From Chloroherpetonaceae bacterium (GTDB lineage Bacteria > Bacteroidota > Chlorobiia > Chlorobiales > Thermochlorobacteraceae), in contig JBKBRB010000002.1 in NCBI GenBank assembly GCA_046292465.1, forward strand, positions 159,027 through 223,026: a stretch of DNA of 64,000 nt, given 5' to 3'. Below are positions 25,387-34,375 of the stretch, piece by piece (position 1 is the stretch's first letter; each line of letters begins with the position of its first letter). Both the position numbers and the translations under genes were made by a program. The notes under the pieces were generated by a model. It made no database searches and was not told the origin of the DNA. It was given only the letters and a program-made list of their open reading frames with translations.

Positions 25387-25875
25387 ATGTCGTTTTCTAT
25401 CAAAAAACTTTCGGAAGAGGATTTTGAAGCCTTTTTCTCGCTCATCGTTGCGCTTGCCGATTACGAGCATCTTGAGCCACCTGACCTTGACGCCAAAGCC
25501 CGCTTAAAACGCGACGCCTTTTCAGAACGCCCGAAATTTGAAGCCTATCTTGCCTTTCTGAACGCTGAGCCTGTTGGGTATGCGATTATTTTCGAGACCT
25601 ATTCGAGCTTCCTTGCAAAGCCAACGTTGTATTTGGAAGATTTATTCGTTTTGCCTTCCGCACGCAAGCAAAAAGTTGGATTCAGGCTATTCAAATTTTT
25701 GATTGGGCTTGCCGTTGAACGCGAGTGCGGACGCATGGAGTGGCAAGTCTTAAACTGGAATCAACTTGCAATTAACTTTTACGAAAAACTTGGCGCAACC
25801 CACCAACACACATGGCTTCCCTACCGCTTGACCGAAGCACAACTGCACGACTTACATCGACAATTTTCAACTTGA
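25387..25875 (+). CDS. GNAT-family N-acetyltransferase (diamine/SSAT-like)
   Basis: 162 aa. The acetyl-CoA loop reads RKQKVGFRLFKFL, and the C-terminus NFYEKLGA is typical of GNAT. Confidence 0.8.
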   Translation: MSFSIKKLSEEDFEAFFSLIVALADYEHLEPPDLDAKARLKRDAFSERPKFEAYLAFLNAEPVGYAIIFETYSSFLAKPTLYLEDLFVLPSARKQKVGFRLFKFLIGLAVERECGRMEWQVLNWNQLAINFYEKLGATHQHTWLPYRLTEAQLHDLHRQFST

Positions 25876-25876
25876 T

Positions 25877-25910
25877 GCAAAACGCCGACGACTTTCATCA
25901 TCGGCGTTGC
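25877..25910. terminator. hairpin between the convergent GNAT and glnN genes
   Basis: GCAAAACGCCGACGA / TCATCGGCGTTGC forms an imperfect stem with one mismatch and one bulge. No strong T-run is present. Confidence 0.45.
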
Positions 25911-25935
25911 ATTCGGCGTTCTTGGCAAACTTTGA

Positions 25936-28083
25936 TTAGTGCATGAAAAGTAGCTCGAGGTAGTTCGGCATGGGATAGAGCGATTTATCCAGGTGTCCTT
26001 CGAGTTCGTCAGCGACTTTGCGCACGGCGTTCATAGCGGGCATAAGCGTTTCGGCGCAATACTTTGCGTGTCCTTCCACGCCTCCTTTTGTGTGAGGCAA
26101 TTCTTCAATCAACTTTTCAAGGGATTCGGTTTTAGCAATGAGTTCTCCGATTCCGCTTGCAAATGTTTGAAGTTGCTTGGCTTGCTTGGCTTTTGCTGAA
26201 GCAGGAAGTTTAATGCCTTTTGAGGCTTGAAGCAATTTGGAATACGACTCTGCAATTTCACCTTGATAGCGTATAGCAGCGGGTAGCACCATCGTGCGAA
26301 TCATCATGGCAAGCGTTTTGGCTTCGATGTCAATGGCTTTGATGTAACGCTCTAAACGTACATTGTAGCGCGATTCAATTTCTTCTTCGGAAAGCACACC
26401 GTATTTGATGAATGTTTCGCGCACCGATTTGTCCTTCCATGCTTTCATGGCTTCGGGAAGATTTTTATTGTTCGGCAATCCGCGCTTTTTGGCTTCTTTA
26501 TGCCATGCTTCGCTGTATCCGTCGCCTTCAAAGCGAATCGGCTTTGTGGCTTTAATTTCTTTGCGAAGCACGGCGAAGACAGCGGCTTGAAGTTCTTTGC
26601 CGGATTTTATTTCAACTTCAATCGCTTCGCGCATTTCGTCAATGGCTTCCGCCATAATGGTGTTGAGGACCATATTTGGAATGGCAATCGGCATAGATGA
26701 TGGCACAGCACGGAACTCGAACTTATTGCCAGTGAAAGCAAACGGCGATGTGCGGTTGCGGTCGGTGTTGTCTTTGTTAAGCGTTGGGATATGCGAAATG
26801 TCTAAATCAATGAACTGCTTTTCACTGACCTTTTTCATATCGCCGGTTTCAATCGTATCGAGAATCGCGCTGAGTTGGTCGCCCAAGAAAACAGAGATAA
26901 TTGCAGGCGGGGCTTCGTTTGCGCCGAGTCGGTGGTCGTTGCCAGGGTTGGCGATGGCGGCGCGCAACACGGCGGCGTGTTTATGAACCGCTTTAAGCGT
27001 TGCGACGAGAAAGACGAGAAAGCTCAAATTTGATTCGGGCGTTTCTCCAGGGTCGAGCAAGTTTCCGCCCACATCTGCGCCCATTGACCAGTTGTTGTGC
27101 TTTCCGCTTCCATTGATGCCCGCAAATGGCTTTTCGTGAATGAGCAGCGCAAGCCCTTTACGCTCGGCAACGCGACGAAGCATTTCCATCACGAGCAGGT
27201 TGTGGTCGGCAGCAATTGGCGTTTCTTCGTGAATCGGCGCAATTTCAAATTGATGCGGCGCAACTTCATTATGGCGTGTTTTTGCAGGAATGCCAAGCAA
27301 GTAAAGTTCTTGTTCTAACTCTTGCATAAAGTCTAATACTCTATCGGGAATTGAGCCGAAGTAGTGGTCTTCAAGCTGTTGGTTGCGCGGCGGAAGCGTG
27401 CCCAAAAGCGTCCTGCCCGTCATGATAAGGTCGGGGCGTTGTTCGTAAAGATTGCGGTCAATCAAAAAGTATTCTTGCTCTGCGCCGAGATACGTGGTTA
27501 CGCGCGTTGCTTTTGTGTTACCCAACAGATGAAGCATCGCCACGGCTGACTTTGAGAGCGCACGGGCTGAACGCAAGAGCGGGGTCTTTTCATCCAACGC
27601 TTCGCCGTGATAGGAAATAAAGACTGACGGAATACAGAGCGTTGTGCCTTCTGCACCTTTCATTAAAAATGCCGGTGTGCTGGGGTCCCAAGCCGTGTAG
27701 CCACGTGCTTCAAAGGTCGAGCGCATGCCGCCCGAAGGAAAGCTCGAGGCATCTGGCTCACCTTGAACTAATTGTGAGCCTGAAAATTTTTCAATTAAGT
27801 TCCCTTCTTTATCAAAGGCAATAAAGGCATCGTGCTTTTCGGCGGTCGCGCCAGTCATCGGTTGAAACCAGTGGCAGTAGTGCGTCGCGCCATTTTCTAT
27901 CGCCCATTCTTTCATCGCATTCGCAACCGTTTCAGCAAGGCTATCATCTAAATCGTGTCCTTCTTTAAGGGTTTTCATTAAAGAGTCATACACTTCTTTT
28001 GGAAGCCGCTCTTTCATCACGGCGTTGTTGAAGGTGTGTTTGCCGAACATTGCGGCGTTTTCGGAGAGCATGTTGTTTGCCAT
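25936..28083 (-). CDS. glnN: glutamine synthetase type III
   Basis: 715 aa. The N-terminus FGKHTFNNAVMKERLPKEVYDSL and the overall length match GSIII. The catalytic region includes NGSGKHNNWS. Confidence 0.9.
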   Translation of the reverse strand: MANNMLSENAAMFGKHTFNNAVMKERLPKEVYDSLMKTLKEGHDLDDSLAETVANAMKEWAIENGATHYCHWFQPMTGATAEKHDAFIAFDKEGNLIEKFSGSQLVQGEPDASSFPSGGMRSTFEARGYTAWDPSTPAFLMKGAEGTTLCIPSVFISYHGEALDEKTPLLRSARALSKSAVAMLHLLGNTKATRVTTYLGAEQEYFLIDRNLYEQRPDLIMTGRTLLGTLPPRNQQLEDHYFGSIPDRVLDFMQELEQELYLLGIPAKTRHNEVAPHQFEIAPIHEETPIAADHNLLVMEMLRRVAERKGLALLIHEKPFAGINGSGKHNNWSMGADVGGNLLDPGETPESNLSFLVFLVATLKAVHKHAAVLRAAIANPGNDHRLGANEAPPAIISVFLGDQLSAILDTIETGDMKKVSEKQFIDLDISHIPTLNKDNTDRNRTSPFAFTGNKFEFRAVPSSMPIAIPNMVLNTIMAEAIDEMREAIEVEIKSGKELQAAVFAVLRKEIKATKPIRFEGDGYSEAWHKEAKKRGLPNNKNLPEAMKAWKDKSVRETFIKYGVLSEEEIESRYNVRLERYIKAIDIEAKTLAMMIRTMVLPAAIRYQGEIAESYSKLLQASKGIKLPASAKAKQAKQLQTFASGIGELIAKTESLEKLIEELPHTKGGVEGHAKYCAETLMPAMNAVRKVADELEGHLDKSLYPMPNYLELLFMH

Positions 28084-28129
28084 GTTTGGAGTTTAATCAG
28101 CGGTGTTGGTTAGGTTTGACGTGTTGAAG

Positions 28130-28161
28130 ATTGAGAAGACATTTTATTGAGAAGACATTTT
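28130..28161. repeat. perfect 2 x 16-bp tandem repeat ATTGAGAAGACATTTT in the glnN upstream region
   Basis: It spans 28130-28145 and 28146-28161, which is 47-78 nt upstream of the glnN ATG (28083) and 16 nt downstream of the Lrp-family gene stop (28177). Confidence 0.85.
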
Positions 28162-28176
28162 GTGCGCTTGACTTCG

Positions 28177-28674
28177 CTATTGATGCTCCTTGCCATTTTC
28201 TACAATTTTTAACGCTTTCATGGCATTGATGCGCGTAGATTTCTTATGCTCGCTCAAAACAACACTTGTCGATGTGCCTGTAACCCCTTGCCACGATTGA
28301 ATTTTCGCCAGCAGGGCTTCGAGTGCGGCTGTGTTTGCAACGAGAACTTTAAGAATGTGAGAGCCATCGCCCGTAATCGAATAACATTCCAAAATCTCAT
28401 CTTCTTTTTGGACATGAGCGACAAACGGCGCGTAGTATTTCGATGATTCCATCGTAACGCGAATGAAGGCTTTAATATCGTAGCCGATTTTCTTTTCATC
28501 TACCAAGACCGTGTAGCCTTTGATGATGCCACGATTTTGCAGTTTCTCTAATCGCTCGCTCACAGAAGGGATTGAAAGCCCGACGGCTTCGGCAAGTTCG
28601 TTGCGGCGCATTCTACCGCGCTCACTCAAAAGTTCAAGAAGTTTTAGGTCGGTTTTATCAAGATGCCACGACAT
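28177..28674 (-). CDS. Lrp/AsnC-family transcriptional regulator
   Basis: DKTDLKLLELLSERGRMRRNELAEAVGLSIPSVSERLEKLQNRGIIKGY is the HTH region, followed by an RAM/ACT-like C-terminus. I chose the internal ATG at 28674; the track ORF starts at 28764. Confidence 0.85.
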   Translation of the reverse strand: MSWHLDKTDLKLLELLSERGRMRRNELAEAVGLSIPSVSERLEKLQNRGIIKGYTVLVDEKKIGYDIKAFIRVTMESSKYYAPFVAHVQKEDEILECYSITGDGSHILKVLVANTAALEALLAKIQSWQGVTGTSTSVVLSEHKKSTRINAMKALKIVENGKEHQ

Positions 28675-28780
28675 GAATCGCTGAAAGCGTTGCGTTTTTG
28701 GAAATATAACCTTTAACCTTACAGTTTCGCCTAACAAAATTAGGAAAAACTTCCTTTTAAGCAAAAACTTTTAAACAAAA

Positions 28781-29119
28781 TTACGCTTGCTCGCTATTTT
28801 TCTTCAAAACGACAAAGCCATTATCCGATTTCAAAATGGCTTCGCCCGATGCTTCCGCATCTTTTTTCGCCGCTTTCAACTCCTCTTCCATTTTCTTGAT
28901 TTGCGGCGGATAGTCGAATGTTTTGCGATACTGAACCGTAAAAACATAGTCTTCAAAGACGACTTGCTTTTCGCCTGTTTGTTCTAACATTTCGCTCACC
29001 GTAAAAAAGACATTGCTTTTGAGCGATTCAATTTGCTCCTCGATTTCTTTGGCTTTCTCTTTGAGCGCAATGTATCGGCGAAGCAGTTCTTCGCGGTCGT
29101 TGATTTCATGGTTCATCAT
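28781..29119 (-). CDS. coiled-coil hypothetical protein translationally coupled to GvpL/F
   Basis: The sequence ATGATG at 29119-29114 overlaps the TGA of the upstream gene (29118-29116). The N-terminus has a heptad-rich helix, EELLRRYIALKEKAKEIEEQIESLK, and the C-terminus is small and beta-rich. Confidence 0.55.
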   Translation of the reverse strand: MMNHEINDREELLRRYIALKEKAKEIEEQIESLKSNVFFTVSEMLEQTGEKQVVFEDYVFTVQYRKTFDYPPQIKKMEEELKAAKKDAEASGEAILKSDNGFVVLKKNSEQA

Positions 29120-29883
29120 TTGTGTTCTTGTTTGAGGTTGCAAAAATTATATGCCGCCCACGCACCTGAAACTTCAAGGGTCAGATAAGCAAAAGTTTTT
29201 TTCAACGATTCTACTTCTTCAAGAAACTGCTCGCGCGCTGTGGCTTCGATTAAAAAGGCGGCGTTCAAAATCATTTCGTCTTCGCGCTCGGTGAGGGCTT
29301 TGGGTAGAACGGGATTGCGTTTATGCTGAACGGCTTTTTCGCGCAAGCGTTCATAAAGCAACTCCAACGCTTCTTGAAGCGACGCACTTACGTTTTGACC
29401 TGCAAGCGACTCACGCTTTTTTTTGAGCAAGTAGGCTTTTCCTGCTGACGCTGTTTTCAACGCCTCGTCAATTTCTTGAATCTCTTTGCTTTCCGCAAGA
29501 AATGCTTGCAACTGTTCAGAGCCGATGTAGGCTTTGATGCCCCATTCTTCTTTGCCTTTCAGAGTTTCTAGCAAGTGCTTTAACGATTCTTTGTGAGCTT
29601 GTAAAAACTCTTGTAAGGAATTTTGAGAGAGAAAGAGCGTCGGGAATCGGAACGGCACAATGCTCGATTGCACGCGCATGGCTTCCATGACGCTCTCGTG
29701 ATGTCGGACGGTCGCTTCAACCCACTCCAATCGCGAAAGATTTTTTTTCAGATTTTCTTCGCCAAATTCTTCTTCCGAAACTTCGGCAACGATTGCCGCC
29801 AAGCCTTCAAACTCGACTTCTTTGACTTTTTCGGGAAGCACTTTCGAGTGCGGTTCTGCAACGCAATAAAGGTAGGTGAGCAT
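29116..29883 (-). CDS. GvpL/GvpF-family protein
   Basis: YLYCV at the start, LAAIVAEV, SSIVPFRFPTLF, GKEEWGIKAY and the C-terminal SGAWAAYNF follow the GvpF/L family pattern (family end GPWPPYxF). Confidence 0.8.
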   Translation of the reverse strand: MLTYLYCVAEPHSKVLPEKVKEVEFEGLAAIVAEVSEEEFGEENLKKNLSRLEWVEATVRHHESVMEAMRVQSSIVPFRFPTLFLSQNSLQEFLQAHKESLKHLLETLKGKEEWGIKAYIGSEQLQAFLAESKEIQEIDEALKTASAGKAYLLKKKRESLAGQNVSASLQEALELLYERLREKAVQHKRNPVLPKALTEREDEMILNAAFLIEATAREQFLEEVESLKKTFAYLTLEVSGAWAAYNFCNLKQEHK

Positions 29884-29987
29884 GAGCGTTTTATTTTCAA
29901 TTTATCGGGTTGGCTTCGCTTTTCAAACAAAGCCGTATCTTCACTCGGCTTTCAATTCAACTTTGCCAAACAACTAACTTTTTCGCA

Positions 29988-32117
29988 ATGAGATTCTGCA
30001 TTATACTTCTCGCTTTGTTTTTCTGTTTAATGGTTTCCTCTTTCGCCCAACAACGCTCGCAAACCCTTAAATCGCCCAACGGCAACCTTACGCTAACCTT
30101 TGAACTGACTGAGCAAGGCGCGCCACGCTATCAACTTTCTTTTGGTGGCAGAATTGTGATAAAGCCAAGCGCGTTGGGCATTAAACTTAGAGACGCACCA
30201 CATTTTGAACGTGGCTTCCAAATCGCCGATGCAAAGACGCGCAAAATTGATGAAACTTGGTCGCCTGTTCTCGGCGAAGAAAAATCAATCCGAAATTATT
30301 GTAACGAACTTTTAATATGGCTCGAACAGCCTGCTGAAAAAAATCGCGCCTTGCTCTTGCGCTTTCGGCTCTTCAACGATGGACTTGGCTTTCGCTATGA
30401 ATTTCCGAATCAACCTGAACTCAAATACTTCACTGTGATAGATGAACTGACGGAGTTCAATCTCACAGGCGACCACACCGCATTTTGGATTCCGGGCGAT
30501 TACGACTCGAACGAATATGTTTATCACACCACACGGCTCAGCGAAGTCGATGCCTTCGAAGGCAAAAAAGCAACTGAAATTGGAACGCGCTCGCTCATCG
30601 CGCCTAATGCGGTGCAAACGCCGCTCATGCTCAAAACGTCCGATGGGCTTTACATCAACCTTTTCGAAGCCGCGCTTATCGATTATCCTGCGCTCAATCT
30701 TCTTATCAATCAAACAACCTTTTCACTTTCGGCGCATCTTGTTCCTGATGCTTTCGGCAACAAAGCCTATCTGCAAACGCCGTGCAAAAGCGCGTGGCGC
30801 ACCATTATCGTGAGCGAGAGCGCCGCAGGCATTTTGGAATCGCGCATCACGCTCAACCTCAACGAGCCTTCAAAAATTAAAGATGTCAGTTGGATTAAGC
30901 CGATGAAGTATGTCGGAATTTGGTGGGAAATGCATGTCGGAAAATCGTCATGGAATTATGCCGATGTCGATAATGTCAAACTCAAAGAAACGGATTGGAA
31001 ATCCTTGCGTCCGAACGGTCGGCACGGCGCAACGACAAAGCGCACGAAAGCATACATCGACTTTGCCGCTAAACATGGCTTCGATGGCGTTTTGGTTGAA
31101 GGGTGGAACATTGGTTGGGAAGATTGGTTCGGCAAGATGAAAGAAGAAGTGTTTGATTTCGTAACGCCGTATCCTGATTTCAACATTGAAGAAGTTGCGC
31201 GCTATGCAAAAGCCAAAGGCGTCAAAATGATTATGCACCATGAAACGAGCGCGTCGGTTTCAAACTACGAGCGGCGTATGGACGAAGCCTTTCGCTTGAT
31301 GAAAAAATATGACTATCCTGCCGTTAAGACGGGTTATGTAGGAAACATCTTGCCGCGTGGCGAGCATCACGATGGGCAGTGGATGGTCAATCACTACGCG
31401 CGCGTTGCCGAAAAAGCCGCCGAGTATGGAATTATGGTCAATGCGCATGAACCGGTTCGCCCGACAGGATTAGGGCGCACGTATCCGAATTGGATTTCCT
31501 GCGAAGCCGCTCGAGGCAACGAGTTTAACGCATGGAGCAAAGGCAATCCGCCCGAACACGAAACCATTTTGCCCTTCACGCGCCTTTTAGGCGGCGGTAT
31601 GGATTACACGCCCGGCATTTTTGAAATCAAACTGTCTTTTTACGACCCGAATAAAACCGAACAAGTTCATACCACGCTTGCCAAACAACTCGCGCTTTAT
31701 GTAACGCTTTACAGTCCGCTACAAATGGCGGCAGATTTGCCCGAAAATTATGAGCGATATTTAGATGCGTTTCAATTCATCAAAGACGTGGCATTGGATT
31801 GGGACGAGACTAAAATTCTCGAAGCGGAAATTGGCGACTACCTGACGATTGCACGCAAGACCAAAGGCAAGGAAGAATGGTTCATCGGCGGCATTACTGA
31901 CGAAAATGCGCGCACATCTTCCATCACGCTTGATTTCTTGAAAGCAAATGTGCAATATGAAGCAACAATTTATAGCGACGCGCCCGACGCACATTGGCAA
32001 CAGAATCCGAAAGCGTATCAAATCAAAAAAGAAACTGTTGGTTCTACTTCAACCTTGAACCTTCAACTTGCGCCTGGCGGCGGCTATGCGATTCACATCA
32101 AGCCTTCAGCCAAATAG
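29988..32117 (+). CDS. glycoside hydrolase family 97 (SusB-like alpha-glucosidase)
   Basis: A signal peptide starts from the ATG at 29988. SPNGNLTLTFELTEQGAPRYQLSFGGRIVIKPSALGIKL is the GH97 N-domain pattern, and MIMHHETS lies in the catalytic barrel. Confidence 0.85.
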   Translation: MRFCIILLALFFCLMVSSFAQQRSQTLKSPNGNLTLTFELTEQGAPRYQLSFGGRIVIKPSALGIKLRDAPHFERGFQIADAKTRKIDETWSPVLGEEKSIRNYCNELLIWLEQPAEKNRALLLRFRLFNDGLGFRYEFPNQPELKYFTVIDELTEFNLTGDHTAFWIPGDYDSNEYVYHTTRLSEVDAFEGKKATEIGTRSLIAPNAVQTPLMLKTSDGLYINLFEAALIDYPALNLLINQTTFSLSAHLVPDAFGNKAYLQTPCKSAWRTIIVSESAAGILESRITLNLNEPSKIKDVSWIKPMKYVGIWWEMHVGKSSWNYADVDNVKLKETDWKSLRPNGRHGATTKRTKAYIDFAAKHGFDGVLVEGWNIGWEDWFGKMKEEVFDFVTPYPDFNIEEVARYAKAKGVKMIMHHETSASVSNYERRMDEAFRLMKKYDYPAVKTGYVGNILPRGEHHDGQWMVNHYARVAEKAAEYGIMVNAHEPVRPTGLGRTYPNWISCEAARGNEFNAWSKGNPPEHETILPFTRLLGGGMDYTPGIFEIKLSFYDPNKTEQVHTTLAKQLALYVTLYSPLQMAADLPENYERYLDAFQFIKDVALDWDETKILEAEIGDYLTIARKTKGKEEWFIGGITDENARTSSITLDFLKANVQYEATIYSDAPDAHWQQNPKAYQIKKETVGSTSTLNLQLAPGGGYAIHIKPSAK

Positions 32118-32203
32118 TTCTTACAACTTCTTTGCATGAAGGTTTTTCGCGTTTAATTGAAAACTTTTATTTTCAGTCTTAAAAACATATAAACCCAGAA
32201 GTT

Positions 32204-33226
32204 ATGTCCGTGATTGCAGGCACACCTGATATTACGATTATCGGCGCTGGTCCGACAGGACTTTACGCCGCTTTTTATGCAGGGCTTCGCTCCATGCAAG
32301 TGCGCATTGTTGACAGCCTTTCCGAGATTGGCGGACAGCTTACTGCGCTCTATCCGAAGAAGAACATTTATGATGTTGCAGGCTACCCCGCTGTGCTTGC
32401 CGAGGATTTGGTCAAAAGCCTTTACGAGCAATGCAAGCAATACAACCCTGAAATTTTCACCGATACGAAAATCGAGAAACTTGAACGCGAAGGCGACTTG
32501 CTCAAACTTACTTCTGCCGATGGGCGCGTGATGTATTCCAAAACGGTTTTAGTTGCTGCGGGCGTTGGTGCGTTCACGCCGCGCAAACTCGAACGCGAAG
32601 GCATGGAGGCTTGGGAAGGTAAAGGGCTTTATTACTTTGTCAAAGACCCCACCATTTTTTACGGCAAGAAACTGCTTGTGGTCGGTGGCGGCGACAGCGC
32701 GATGGACTGGGCAATGGCTCTCGGCGATAAATCTCAAATGCTTCTCATTCATCGACGCGATAAGTTTGTCGCGCATGAAGATAGCGTCAAGAAAGTTCGC
32801 GCAATGGGCGTGCCGATTCGAACCTTCTGGGAACTGAAATCGATTCACGGCGAGAACGGTATTATTGATCATGTCGTTATCTTCAACAACAAAACCAAAG
32901 AAGAAGAGGCGATTCAAGTCGATGCCGTGCTTTGCAACCTTGGCTTCTTGACCAATCTTGGCTCTATCAAGGATTGGGGTTTAGAAATTGAAGGCAGCGG
33001 TATTCGTGTCAATCATGCAATGGAAACAAACATCAAAGGTGTTTATGCCGCAGGGGATATTGCTTCACACCCTGCAAAATTAAAACTCATTGCCACAGGC
33101 TTTGGCGAAGCCGCAATTGCTGTCAATCATGCCAAAACGGTCATCGACCCGCATGCGTCGTTCTTTCCAGGGCACAGTAGCAATAAGGACGATAAGAAGG
33201 AAGAGAAGGCTCATGCAACTGCATGA
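32204..33226 (+). CDS. ferredoxin-NADP+ reductase, thioredoxin-reductase-like type (YumC/Chlorobaculum FNR type)
   Basis: DITIIGAGPTGLYAAFYAGLRSMQVRIVDSLSEIGGQLTALYPKKNIYDVAGYP is present. The second dinucleotide fold reads LVVGGGDSAMDWA. Confidence 0.88.
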   Translation: MSVIAGTPDITIIGAGPTGLYAAFYAGLRSMQVRIVDSLSEIGGQLTALYPKKNIYDVAGYPAVLAEDLVKSLYEQCKQYNPEIFTDTKIEKLEREGDLLKLTSADGRVMYSKTVLVAAGVGAFTPRKLEREGMEAWEGKGLYYFVKDPTIFYGKKLLVVGGGDSAMDWAMALGDKSQMLLIHRRDKFVAHEDSVKKVRAMGVPIRTFWELKSIHGENGIIDHVVIFNNKTKEEEAIQVDAVLCNLGFLTNLGSIKDWGLEIEGSGIRVNHAMETNIKGVYAAGDIASHPAKLKLIATGFGEAAIAVNHAKTVIDPHASFFPGHSSNKDDKKEEKAHATA

Positions 33227-33325
33227 TTTTCCGTTGCCGCTCATCCGATAGCAGCATGAAGAATTCAACAAGTTCATTGAACAAGTTAGATTTGGAATCT
33301 CGAGAACGAAATTAACTCCTGAAGT

Positions 33326-34345
33326 ATGAACAAGACAGATACAAAGCCTTTGGCAGATATTCTGATTGTGGACGACCAAGAAATCATCTTGAAGTTGCTT
33401 GAAGAAACGCTACGAAGCGAGGGGTATTCGGTTCGCGTTGCCTATAATGGATTAGACGCGCTCGACGAGATTCAGAAACGAAAGCCAGACCTCATCATCA
33501 CCGACATGCTCATGCCGAAGATGAACGGCAACGACATGGTCGCCAAGCTTAAAGAATCTGCTGATACGCGCCTCCTTCCCGTTATTATGCTTACGGGGCT
33601 GTTTGATTTTGAAAACAAAGTGCGTGCGCTTGAAATCGGCGTTGATGATTTTCTCGGCAAACCGTTCAATCGCATTGAACTGATTACCAAAGTTCGCGCC
33701 CTCCTAAAAACGAAAACTTACATCGACCAACTTGAGAACGCTGAAACAGTTATTTTCTCACTGGCTTTGGCAATTGAAGGTAGAGACCCCTACACGAATG
33801 GACATTGCCATCGCCTTTCGGACTATGGCACGAAACTCGCTCGCAAAATCGGTCTTTCCGAATTTGAAATCGATGCTGTGCGCAAAGGCGGTGTGATTCA
33901 CGACATTGGCAAAATCGCTGTTCCAGATAGTATTCTTTTGAAGCCGGGAAAGTTAACGCCCGAAGAATACGACATCATGAAAATTCACCCCGAAGCCGGC
34001 GAAAATATCTGCAAACCGCTTAAATCGCTCGCACCCGTTCTGCCGATTATTCGCGGACACCAAGAGCGTTGGGATGGTACAGGCTACCCTGATAAACTTT
34101 CTGGAACCGATATTCCTATTACTGCCCGCGTAATTGCTATCGTCGATTTTTATGACGCACTCATGACCGTACGCCCTTACAAACGAGCTCTTGATGTCAA
34201 ACAAGCCTTAGAAATTATGAGCAAAGAAACCCAAGAGCACAAGTGGGACCCAAACTTGATGCGCGTTTTCCAAGACATGATTATCAATGAAGAACTTGAG
34301 CGTCCAGTCAGCGAAATTCAAGTTCTAAACTACGAATATCAATAA
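33326..34345 (+). CDS. response regulator with HD-GYP phosphodiesterase domain (RpfG family)
   Basis: The receiver has ILIVDDQ, LIITDMLMP and the Lys context DDFLGKP. The HD-GYP domain has HDIGKIAVPDSILLKPGKLTPEEYDIMKIHP and HQERWDGTGYP. Confidence 0.9.
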   Translation: MNKTDTKPLADILIVDDQEIILKLLEETLRSEGYSVRVAYNGLDALDEIQKRKPDLIITDMLMPKMNGNDMVAKLKESADTRLLPVIMLTGLFDFENKVRALEIGVDDFLGKPFNRIELITKVRALLKTKTYIDQLENAETVIFSLALAIEGRDPYTNGHCHRLSDYGTKLARKIGLSEFEIDAVRKGGVIHDIGKIAVPDSILLKPGKLTPEEYDIMKIHPEAGENICKPLKSLAPVLPIIRGHQERWDGTGYPDKLSGTDIPITARVIAIVDFYDALMTVRPYKRALDVKQALEIMSKETQEHKWDPNLMRVFQDMIINEELERPVSEIQVLNYEYQ

Positions 34346-34375
34346 TCGCAAATCCACAGAGAGACTGTAAGCCGA

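Noticed and set aside
28781-29883. Calling this a gas-vesicle gene cluster
   Set aside because: Only a GvpL/F homolog is present, with no structural gvpA/J/M or gvpN/K/G/O in the window. It is reported as an orphan pair instead.
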